NCBI GenBank assembly: GCA_049609225.1
Contig: JBMYYH010000002.1
Coordinates: 3,368 to 67,367 of the forward strand
Direction: 5' to 3'
Origin: Planctomycetota bacterium
GTDB taxonomy: Bacteria > Planctomycetota > UBA1135
Length of the DNA stretch: 64,000 bases
Shown here: positions 1 through 7,229 of the stretch, piece by piece
Numbering within the stretch: the stretch's first letter is position 1
Layout of the letters: the number at the start of each line of letters is the position of its first letter
Translations under genes and position numbers: made by a program
The notes under the pieces: model-generated
Seen by the model: the letters and a program-made list of their open reading frames with translations, nothing else
What the model was told of the DNA's origin: nothing
Database searches by the model: none

Positions 1-290
1 AACTCACGACCGGTGAGAACCTTGTCGAGCGCCGACTCTTGTCCGGCATAACCCATGCAACCACGGGCTTCTCTGGGGTCGGTCGCGACGTCGATGCCAT
101 CGACCGACAGAGCGCCGGAGTCGAGTTGCTCCAAGGTCATGATGCTGCGGATCAGCGTGCTCTTACCGGCCCCGTTTGGGCCCAGCAGCGCGACGACCTC
201 GCCGGCCGCGACCTCGAAGCCGACACCTTGCAGTGCCTGAACTTCGTCGAATTTCTTCGAGGCGCCTTCAATGCGGAGGATGGGTTCCAT
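1..290 (-). CDS. ABC transporter ATP-binding protein, N-terminal part (3-prime end lies outside the window)
   Basis: Absent from the ORF track because it runs off the window edge. Reverse-strand translation from the ATG at 290-288 reads MEPILRIEGASKKFDEVQALQGVGFEVAAGEVVALLGPNGAGKSTLIRS..., with Walker A loop GPNGAGKST. The plus-strand ORFs at 39-347 and 55-240 are its shadows. Confidence 0.8.
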   Translation of the reverse strand, partial: MEPILRIEGASKKFDEVQALQGVGFEVAAGEVVALLGPNGAGKSTLIRSIMTLEQLDSGALSVDGIDVATDPREARGCMGYAGQESALDKVLTGRE

Positions 291-343
291 GAACCCAGGA
301 TTGTATCCCTGCCGGCCCCTCTGCCGACGGCGGAATCCGGTCC

Positions 344-423
344 CTGAAACAAGGCTGAAACATCCATTGGAGAACACACCGACCCGGATTACTCCGCCAC
401 CGTGCATGGCGCGATGTTTTCAG
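344..423. repeat. Three copies of CTGAAA(A)CA in the spacer upstream of the ABC ATPase gene: two direct, one inverted
   Basis: CTGAAACA at 344-351 and 355-362. The reverse complement of CTGAAAACA lies at 415-423. An imperfect long-range inverted repeat (GGCGGAATCCGG / CCGGATTACTCCGCC, about 329-340 and 385-399) brackets the direct copies. Function unknown. Confidence 0.3.
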
Positions 424-460
424 GACATCACGCGGCCAAGCAAATACGTCAGTGGGCGAA

Positions 461-709
461 TTAGTCTTTGCCCCAGCGCCACTCTGGACGTTCGCCCTTG
501 ATCCAACAGATCGCGATCAAGGCGATGGTGCACAGCGCCACGAATCCGATGTACATGCCCATGCGCTCTTCCGCATCGATCAGGAAGGCGCTGCCGGTGA
601 CCACGGCAATGTAGGTGATCAAGGTCACCCAACCCATCTTGTGGCTCGGCAATCCCCAACCCCAGCCATAACGCTTGGACGGGAACCAGTAGTCGTGGGA
701 GTCGGACAT
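461..709 (-). CDS. Small two-TM membrane protein, family not recognised
   Basis: 82-aa ORF with two hydrophobic segments (WVTLITYIAVVTGSAFLI, IGFVALCTIALIAICWI). It lies 20 nt downstream of ctaB on the same strand. Confidence 0.5.
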   Translation of the reverse strand: MSDSHDYWFPSKRYGWGWGLPSHKMGWVTLITYIAVVTGSAFLIDAEERMGMYIGFVALCTIALIAICWIKGERPEWRWGKD

Positions 710-729
710 GACCCCACCTTAACCGATGT

Positions 730-1596
730 CTAGATGCGGTTGTCGATCGCCAGCAGCGCGAACAGCGCCGGCAGATAGATGATCGAAGCCCAGAACACGG
801 TCTTCGCGCGTTTGTCCCGCCGCTTCATGCCGAAGAAGATGACCGTTGCCAAGAATCCGAGCGACATGGTGAAGGCGCCATAGAAATAGATCCTTCCTGC
901 GGCATCGAAGACCGTCGGCAACATGCTGGCTGGAACCAGCATCATGGCGTAATGCACCGACTGACGGCCGGAAGCTGCACCGGTCGGATCCACTCCTGGC
1001 AGCATGCGAAGCCCGCCCTGCACATAGTCTTCGCGGTACAACCAAGCGATGGCGAAGAAGTGCGGTAACTGCCACAGGAACAGGATCAGGAACAGCACGC
1101 CCGCCATGATGTCGAGGCCATTACCGGCCGCGGCATATCCAACGAGCAGTGGCAGGGCTCCAGGAATCGCGCCGACCAAGGTATTCATCGGCGTGATGCG
1201 CTTCAGTGGCGTGTAGATGAAATCGTAAAGCACGATCATCACCAAGGAGAGCCACGCGGTCAGTGGATTCAAGAACAGCCACAACCACAACACTCCGACG
1301 ATCGCCGTGAGTGCCGCAACAAGCTTGGCATCCTTCACCGTGACACGTCCCGTAGGCAGAGGGCGGTTGCAGGTGCGCGGCATGCGCTTGTCGATATCCA
1401 CCTCGATGATCTGATTGATGATCGCCGAAGCCGAGCTGGTGAGAGTCAGGCCGATCACCAAGTGCAGTGCATCCAACCAAGACCATGCACCATCTCCACC
1501 GATCCAGTAGCACAATAAGGCCGCCGGCGAGGCGAGCATCTGAATGCGCGCCTTCGCAAGATCGACCCAATCCTTCGGGCTTCCGCTCAGGCTCAT
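730..1596 (-). CDS. ctaB: Protohaem IX farnesyltransferase (haem O synthase)
   Basis: UbiA-type polytopic prenyltransferase with NRPLPTGRV and YREDY motifs. I prefer the ATG at 1596 (MSLSGSPKDW...), which makes an ATGA overlap with the ctaA stop, over the track start at 1638. Confidence 0.85.
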   Translation of the reverse strand: MSLSGSPKDWVDLAKARIQMLASPAALLCYWIGGDGAWSWLDALHLVIGLTLTSSASAIINQIIEVDIDKRMPRTCNRPLPTGRVTVKDAKLVAALTAIVGVLWLWLFLNPLTAWLSLVMIVLYDFIYTPLKRITPMNTLVGAIPGALPLLVGYAAAGNGLDIMAGVLFLILFLWQLPHFFAIAWLYREDYVQGGLRMLPGVDPTGAASGRQSVHYAMMLVPASMLPTVFDAAGRIYFYGAFTMSLGFLATVIFFGMKRRDKRAKTVFWASIIYLPALFALLAIDNRI

Positions 1597-2525
1597 CGAC
1601 GTTCCTCTGCGGTAATGCGATGCCGCACTTCCATCCACAAGGCCGTCACATATGACAGCACCAGGACACCACAGACCAAGTGGCCGGTCGCAAGGATGCT
1701 TTGAATGAGGAAGCGTTCGCCTTCATCCTGAAAGCTGCCCATCAACGGGCCCATCAAGAAGGCCCAAGCCGCCACACCCAGTGCGAGTTGCGTGCCGAGC
1801 ACATGCGCCAAACCACGCGCGGTCTTGGTCATGCGTTCTTGACCACGGAACTTGGTCATGGTCTGTTGAATCAGGAACAGGACCACCACCGAAGTCGTGA
1901 TGGCGAGGACCAAGTGGCCTTCAAAAGCGCCTTGCTTATGGCGCAGGCTGGCTGCGCTGAACAGGTTCAGGAACAACAGCACCAGTGCGACCACGCTCCA
2001 GACCTTGAGCCGCGCGACGCGATGTGCGGGGAAGGCGTCGGAGGGGCGATGCCAGGTTGGGGCGGTGCATTTGCACAGCATCACCAACAACAGGACCACG
2101 AACTGCGCTCCTACGGCGTGCAGGATGGCGACGAGATAATCATTATCCAAGACCCTGCTCGCGCCAAGCAGACCTTGGCCGGTGACGATGAGCAGGGAAG
2201 CCGTCGTCAGCATGCGTAGTCGGGAGGGGACCTGCTTGGTGAACCAGGATGTCAGGCACAGCAGCAGGATCAACAGGCCGGTCAAGCTCGCAGCTTGACG
2301 ATGCGTATGCTCGACCACCGAACCAAGCCCGAAAGCATTGGCGAGTTTGCCGTAGAAGATGTTGAATAGCGAACCGCCATTGATGTCCGGCCAAGTCGGA
2401 TAGGCCATGCCGACTTCCGCGCTGGTGATGGTGCCGCCGATGCCGCAAGTGAGCGCGATGGTCACCACCAATCCGGCGATGGAAAGGCGATGCAGCCACG
2501 GGAAGTAGGTCGTGCCGGTTTCCAT
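1593..2525 (-). CDS. ctaA: Haem A synthase (COX15/CtaA family)
   Basis: Eight-TM-like protein with His-containing motifs in both halves (VVEHTHRQAA, FEGHLVLAIT). It sits directly upstream of ctaB. Start taken at METGTTYFPW (2525), overlapping the cytochrome c stop by 1 nt (TGATG). Confidence 0.75.
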   Translation of the reverse strand: METGTTYFPWLHRLSIAGLVVTIALTCGIGGTITSAEVGMAYPTWPDINGGSLFNIFYGKLANAFGLGSVVEHTHRQAASLTGLLILLLCLTSWFTKQVPSRLRMLTTASLLIVTGQGLLGASRVLDNDYLVAILHAVGAQFVVLLLVMLCKCTAPTWHRPSDAFPAHRVARLKVWSVVALVLLFLNLFSAASLRHKQGAFEGHLVLAITTSVVVLFLIQQTMTKFRGQERMTKTARGLAHVLGTQLALGVAAWAFLMGPLMGSFQDEGERFLIQSILATGHLVCGVLVLSYVTALWMEVRHRITAEERR

Positions 2526-3160
2526 CACTGCACCTCCTCGCCCATGGGATTGGTCCAACGCTCCTTCTCGATATCCATCGCTGCGACGAAAGCCTCCGCC
2601 GGAGTGTGAGTGCCAAGCAGCGACAAGGCGCGATTCCAGACCGCCCCGCGAATCATCAGGTAGTAGACATAATCCACAGCCGCATGCCGGTCCTCTTCGC
2701 TGAGCGCAGAGAACTCACTCATCGAGGTCGACGGCACCCCTTCCAATACCGTGCGACGTAGATCCGAACGCAAGGGAGGGCGCCCGATCGGTGTGCTTTG
2801 GTGGGTGGCGGCGCCGAGACTGAAGTTGCGCGGCGGCGGTGTGAGGAGAGCGGCGGTCGGGGTATCCGCACCACCATCCCCGCCATGACAATGCAGGCAG
2901 TTCACTGCATAAACCTTGCGCCCATAGTCCAAGTCGGCGAAGGGGCCGTCGTACCAACTGATGTCGACCATCGGCTGGGTGAAGGCACCGAACTCACTGC
3001 CGATCAAGTTGAACAGGACTTCCTGCTCCTCAGTATCGAGGGTGTAGATCGGTTCGGCATCGGGCGCGTAATAAGGCTTGGTCAAGGTCAGCCCTAAGCC
3101 AGCTGCCGCAGCGACGGCAACGACGACCAATGCGATCCTGTCGGCTTTGGGCAGACTCAT
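2525..3160 (-). CDS. Membrane-anchored mono-haem c-type cytochrome
   Basis: CLHCHG (CxxCH) with a downstream Met candidate (TSMSEF). N-terminal anchor MSLPKADRIALVVVAVAAAAGLGL. The first 108 codons of track ORF 2525-3484 overlap the DUF420 gene and have Arg/Pro/Ser-rich shadow composition, so the start is set at ATG 3160 (ATGA overlap). Confidence 0.75.
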   Translation of the reverse strand: MSLPKADRIALVVVAVAAAAGLGLTLTKPYYAPDAEPIYTLDTEEQEVLFNLIGSEFGAFTQPMVDISWYDGPFADLDYGRKVYAVNCLHCHGGDGGADTPTAALLTPPPRNFSLGAATHQSTPIGRPPLRSDLRRTVLEGVPSTSMSEFSALSEEDRHAAVDYVYYLMIRGAVWNRALSLLGTHTPAEAFVAAMDIEKERWTNPMGEEVQ

Positions 3161-3621
3161 GCTTGGCTCGGTAGTGCAGAAACTGCGAGGCTGCCGGAGT
3201 CGGTCAAGACATACAGCACCAGATAGATCACTACGCCCGTGATCGAAACATAAAGCCAAATCGGAAAGGTGATCTTGGCCAGACGCTTGTGTTGCTCCCG
3301 ACGTTCCTTCAGTCCGAGGAAGATGGTGCGCACTGCGAGGAAAGGCACCGCAGCAGCAAGCACGGTGTGGGAAAGCAGCAGACCGAAGTAGGGGTAGCGT
3401 CCCCAGTCGGGTCCTTGGTACTTCACCTGAATGGCAAAGTGGAAGTGGTAATAGAGATAGGAGATCAGGAAGACGACCGAGCAACCAAAGGCCGCCAACA
3501 TGAACTTCTTATGCGCGCTTTCCTGGCCGCGTTTCACCTGGAGCACACCAATCACAAGGAGCAACCCCGCCAGCCCGTTGAGGGTGGCGTTCAGTGGGGG
3601 AAAAATGGTGGGGTCGTCCAT
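3157..3621 (-). CDS. DUF420-family membrane protein (cytochrome oxidase-associated, CtaM-like)
   Basis: Four-TM protein MDDPTIFPPLNATLNGLAGLLLVIGV...HKKFMLAAFGCSVVFLISYLYYHF...FPIWLYVSITGVVIYLVLY, matching the DUF420 pattern. It is the first gene of the cta operon. Start taken at ATG 3621. Confidence 0.7.
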   Translation of the reverse strand: MDDPTIFPPLNATLNGLAGLLLVIGVLQVKRGQESAHKKFMLAAFGCSVVFLISYLYYHFHFAIQVKYQGPDWGRYPYFGLLLSHTVLAAAVPFLAVRTIFLGLKERREQHKRLAKITFPIWLYVSITGVVIYLVLYVLTDSGSLAVSALPSQA

Positions 3622-3651
3622 GGCTATCGAGCCCCATAGAATAGGCGTTCC

Positions 3652-4026
3652 ATGGCTCGTCTGCTTCTCATCGCCGCCGCCGGTGCTGCCGGCACATTGG
3701 CGCGCTACGGTCTCAGTACCTGGGTCCGGCAATGGGCTGGATCGGGCTTCCCGTGGGGCACTCTGGCGGTCAATGGACTCGGCTGCCTGCTGTTCGGCGT
3801 GATTCTGACGCTCTCCAGCGAGAAGGGACTTCTGGAAGACGAAACCGCCACTTGGATCATGGTTGGTTTCCTCGGTGCCTTCACCACCTTCTCGACCTTC
3901 GCCTTTGAAAGCGGCGATTTCCTGAAGGCGGGGGACCTCGGTGCTGCAGCGCTCAATATCGGCGCCAATGTGGTGCTTGGCCTAGGCCTCTTCTTCGCCG
4001 GCGTGTGGCTGGCGCGCGCGCTTTAA
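3652..4026 (+). CDS. crcB: Fluoride ion channel CrcB/FluC
   Basis: 124 aa with four TM segments. Typical motifs GTLARY, FPWGTLAVN and GFLGAFTTFSTF. Confidence 0.85.
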   Translation: MARLLLIAAAGAAGTLARYGLSTWVRQWAGSGFPWGTLAVNGLGCLLFGVILTLSSEKGLLEDETATWIMVGFLGAFTTFSTFAFESGDFLKAGDLGAAALNIGANVVLGLGLFFAGVWLARAL

Positions 4027-4421
4027 TCGCCGTCGGTCGGGGCTTCCCGTGGCAATGGCCGCGTCAGCAGGAAGACGATGATGGCCAGCACGATGAGGAC
4101 GGAAGTGATCTTCATCCAAACGGCAATGTCGCGCAATAGCATCGGAACGGCGCCGAGGCCTAGAAGCACCACCGTCGACCAAACCTTGGCCTTCTTCGAA
4201 ACGGCGCCCTGTTCTTCCCAGGCGCGCAGCTCCGGCCCAACCGCCGGCCAATTCAGGATCCATTGGTGCATGCGCTCGGAGCTGCGTGAGAAACAGGCCA
4301 TCGACAGCAACAGGAAGGGGACCGTCGGCATGACGGGCAGCAGGGTCCCGATCACTGCCAGGAGCAGGAACAGGAATCCGCCTGTCAGCAACAGGGTGCG
4401 GAGGACGTGCTTTGCAACCAT
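4023..4421 (-). CDS. DUF454/YbaN-like inner-membrane protein
   Basis: 132 aa, LLAVIGTLLPVMPTVPFLLLSMACFSRSSERMHQWIL is the YbaN-type signature. Its stop overlaps the convergent crcB stop within TTAA (4023-4026). Confidence 0.65.
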   Translation of the reverse strand: MVAKHVLRTLLLTGGFLFLLLAVIGTLLPVMPTVPFLLLSMACFSRSSERMHQWILNWPAVGPELRAWEEQGAVSKKAKVWSTVVLLGLGAVPMLLRDIAVWMKITSVLIVLAIIVFLLTRPLPREAPTDGD

Positions 4422-4423
4422 GC

Positions 4424-4954
4424 CTAACGGCCAGTGCGCAACGGCTTGTGGCCCTTGGCCTTGCGTCGCTCATTGAGGGCGTGGAGGGCGGCGGGCTCGG
4501 TTCCGAGGAACTTGATCAACTGACTCTTGCTGACCTGGAAGGCGGTGGCGGTGCGATCGAGGTCATCTTCTTCCAGATGAAGGCGGTCGAGGACCTGGGC
4601 GAGGATGGCCGGGAAGTCGTTGTGGGTTGGGTTGACGCGAATGCGACCCCCACGCAGGCGGCTAGTCCACAACTCTGACGGCTTGTAGGCGCCAGGGGGG
4701 ATGAAGTCTGCGTCTACCAATTCCGATCGGATCTGGAGCGCGAGCTTCAAACGCAGTCTAAACAATGCCTCGACCTTGTTTTCTAGCTGAGAACGCCTCT
4801 CCGTCGCCATGGCTTGGATGCCTGAGGGCAAATGTTCGACCCGAATCGCCGTTGCGACGCGATTTCGATGTTGTCCACCGGGCCCTCGCGAACGCGTGGC
4901 CTCGTATTTGAGCTCCTTGGCCAGCTCTTCGGCGGATTTTTCAGCGGGATGCAC
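4424..4954 (-). CDS. GGQ-domain protein (class-I release factor / ArfB-like peptidyl-tRNA hydrolase domain) with an extra C-terminal region
   Basis: SRGPGGQHRNRVATAIRVEHLPSGI..ATERRSQLENK is the RF-1/ArfB catalytic GGQ domain. It is followed by about 100 residues that are not the short basic ArfB tail. Two nt upstream of the YbaN-like gene. Confidence 0.7.
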   Translation of the reverse strand: MHPAEKSAEELAKELKYEATRSRGPGGQHRNRVATAIRVEHLPSGIQAMATERRSQLENKVEALFRLRLKLALQIRSELVDADFIPPGAYKPSELWTSRLRGGRIRVNPTHNDFPAILAQVLDRLHLEEDDLDRTATAFQVSKSQLIKFLGTEPAALHALNERRKAKGHKPLRTGR

Positions 4955-5066
4955 GTTCCCATCATAATCTTCTCTGAGGCTGAGGGAGTCACCAATGAGG
5001 TTCTGGGGACTAATGTTGGAACAGATTCCCCTCTGCGCACCTCTTAGGTGTAGACCCTAAACAGAC

Positions 5067-7136
5067 ATGTTCCAGACCCTGATTCTCCTTGCACTTCCCC
5101 TGGCCCAAAGTGGCCAGATCTCCCAAGAGCCGACCCTGACTTGGGTCGATGCTGGTTTCGATCGCGCCCTGTTCCAGGTCGATCGTCTCGACGCCGAGCT
5201 CTCGGCCGCAACCCGCATCAACGACGACCTCATCTCCAAGAAAGGCATCATCCCTGAGCCGACTCCTGGTTATGAGCTGACCTCCACGGTCATCGTCGAA
5301 ACCGATGCGCCTGAGATGCTGGCCGCCATCGCCAGCGACATCGTCCCGAGTTGGACTGAGCCGCTGACCGCAGCTCCTGGCTTCCACTTGGTGCACGCCA
5401 ACAGCGTCCGCGATGCCCTCACCCTTTCGCGCGACCTCGAGGCCTACTTCGGTGATGAAGCGGTCTACATGGATGTCGAGCGTCCATGGAACACGCGCGC
5501 TCTGCCCACCGATCCGAGCTTCGGCAATCAGTGGCACCTGAAGAACAACATCAACACCATCGCCGACGCCAACCTCGAAGGCGCTTGGAATGCTGGCTTC
5601 ACCGGTGACGGTGTGGTCATCGGCATCATCGATGGTGGTGTTTACGTCACGCACCCAGACCTCAACGACAACTACAACTCCACCGCTTCCACTTCGGGTG
5701 GTAACAGCAACCACGGCACCTCGTGCGCCGGCGTCGCTGCAGCGGAAGGTAACAACGGTGCCGGTGGTGTCGGTGCTGCATACGGCGCGCAGTGGTCGAA
5801 GCTCTACTACGGCGGATCCAGCACCACGGCGAATGCCTTCGGTCACCGCAACGACATCAACGACATCAAGTCCAACTCTTGGGGTCCTTGGGATGATGGA
5901 ACCATCTCCTACATGTCGAGCGCAGAACGTTCCGCACTGGAAACCGCGATTGCTTCCGGCCGCGGCGGACTCGGCGAGATCTTCGCATGGGCTGCAGGTA
6001 ACGGCGGCACCGGCGACCGCGTCGAATACGATCCTTACGCATCTAGCCGTTACACCATCGCGATTGGCGCGGTTGGTGATGGCGACACCCGCTCTTGGTA
6101 CAACGAGCAGGGCAGCTCCATGACTGTGGTTTCCCACTCTGATGGCAACAGCCGCGGCATCTACACCACCACCGGTGGCGGCGGCTACACCAGCAACTTC
6201 GGCGGAACCTCGAGCTCCTGTCCGCTCGGCGCAGGCGTCACCGCTTTGGTGTTGGAAGCAAACCCAGCGCTCACTTGGCGCGACGTCACGGGTGTGCTGA
6301 TCGAATCGGCACGCAAGAACGATGGCGGTAACGGCAACTGGCAGGTGAACCCGGCCGGCTACGACGTCAACATTAACTATGGCTTCGGTGCCATCGATGC
6401 GGATGCAGCAGTCGCTTTGGCACAGACCTGGGTCAACTTCCCTGCGGAGCAGTCCGCAACCAGCGGTCAGGTCAACGTCAACCAGACCATCCTGGATAAC
6501 AACACCACGGGCATCGATCGCATCGTCAACATCCCGACCGACATCATCATCGAGTCGGTGGAGTTGAAGATGAACATCAGCCACAACAACGTCGGTGACC
6601 TCGACATCAAGCTGACCAGCCCGAGTGGCCAGGGTTCGCAGCTCACCAAGGTGCGCTCGGATGGAACCAACAACTACTCGAACTTCATCTTCACTTCCAT
6701 GCGTCACTGGGGCGAGAGCTCGCAGGGCGACTGGACCGTGCATGTGAGCGATGAGGATGCAGGCACCACCGGTACCTGGACCAACTTCACCTTGACGGTC
6801 TATGGTCACGATGGCTCTTCCACCTCGATGACGCTGGCAAACCCGACCCTCGTGGGCGGCGCCTCCAGCTCGATCGACATCAGCAACGCCACTCCGAACG
6901 CCTCGACTTGGCTCGCCTACTCGATCACGGGTCTGGGTAGCTTCAACATCCCGGCGCTTGGCGTGACCCTCGGCCTGGCGAACCCATCTCAGCTCGGTTC
7001 GATGCAGACCACCAGCGGTTCTGGTGACACCTCCTACCTGGTGACGCCTCCGTCCTCCGCGACCGGCATCAACTACTGGATGCAGGCCATCCAATCGGGC
7101 CAGGTGAGTAACATCATCAGCGGCACGATTCAGTAG
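5067..7136 (+). CDS. Secreted subtilisin-family (S8) protease with a kexin/furin-type P-domain and an extra C-terminal beta-rich module
   Basis: Signal peptide MFQTLILLALPLAQSG. Catalytic triad contexts VIGIIDGG (Asp), HGTSCAGVAAA (His), GTSSSCPLGAGV (Ser). P-domain pattern NISHNNVGDLDIKLTSPSG...WGESSQGDWTVHVSDEDAGTTGTWTNFTLTVYG. Confidence 0.85.
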   Translation: MFQTLILLALPLAQSGQISQEPTLTWVDAGFDRALFQVDRLDAELSAATRINDDLISKKGIIPEPTPGYELTSTVIVETDAPEMLAAIASDIVPSWTEPLTAAPGFHLVHANSVRDALTLSRDLEAYFGDEAVYMDVERPWNTRALPTDPSFGNQWHLKNNINTIADANLEGAWNAGFTGDGVVIGIIDGGVYVTHPDLNDNYNSTASTSGGNSNHGTSCAGVAAAEGNNGAGGVGAAYGAQWSKLYYGGSSTTANAFGHRNDINDIKSNSWGPWDDGTISYMSSAERSALETAIASGRGGLGEIFAWAAGNGGTGDRVEYDPYASSRYTIAIGAVGDGDTRSWYNEQGSSMTVVSHSDGNSRGIYTTTGGGGYTSNFGGTSSSCPLGAGVTALVLEANPALTWRDVTGVLIESARKNDGGNGNWQVNPAGYDVNINYGFGAIDADAAVALAQTWVNFPAEQSATSGQVNVNQTILDNNTTGIDRIVNIPTDIIIESVELKMNISHNNVGDLDIKLTSPSGQGSQLTKVRSDGTNNYSNFIFTSMRHWGESSQGDWTVHVSDEDAGTTGTWTNFTLTVYGHDGSSTSMTLANPTLVGGASSSIDISNATPNASTWLAYSITGLGSFNIPALGVTLGLANPSQLGSMQTTSGSGDTSYLVTPPSSATGINYWMQAIQSGQVSNIISGTIQ

Positions 7137-7229
7137 GGAAACCTACGAATCCCGAATGACGGGCGTCTTCCCAGCAGGGAAGGCGCCCGTTCTCGTTTGC
7201 ACCTCCAAGGCACTTGCTATGCTTGGCTT

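Noticed and set aside
3560-3651. Possible fluoride riboswitch upstream of crcB
   Set aside because: Only 30 nt separate crcB from the divergent DUF420 start. I could not find the conserved crcB-motif elements there as I recall them (an Infernal scan would settle it).
5010-7094. 694-aa ORF on the minus strand
   Set aside because: It is entirely antisense to the well-supported S8 protease gene. Its composition is Arg/Gly/Ala/Val-rich with no motifs, typical of a GC-rich shadow ORF.
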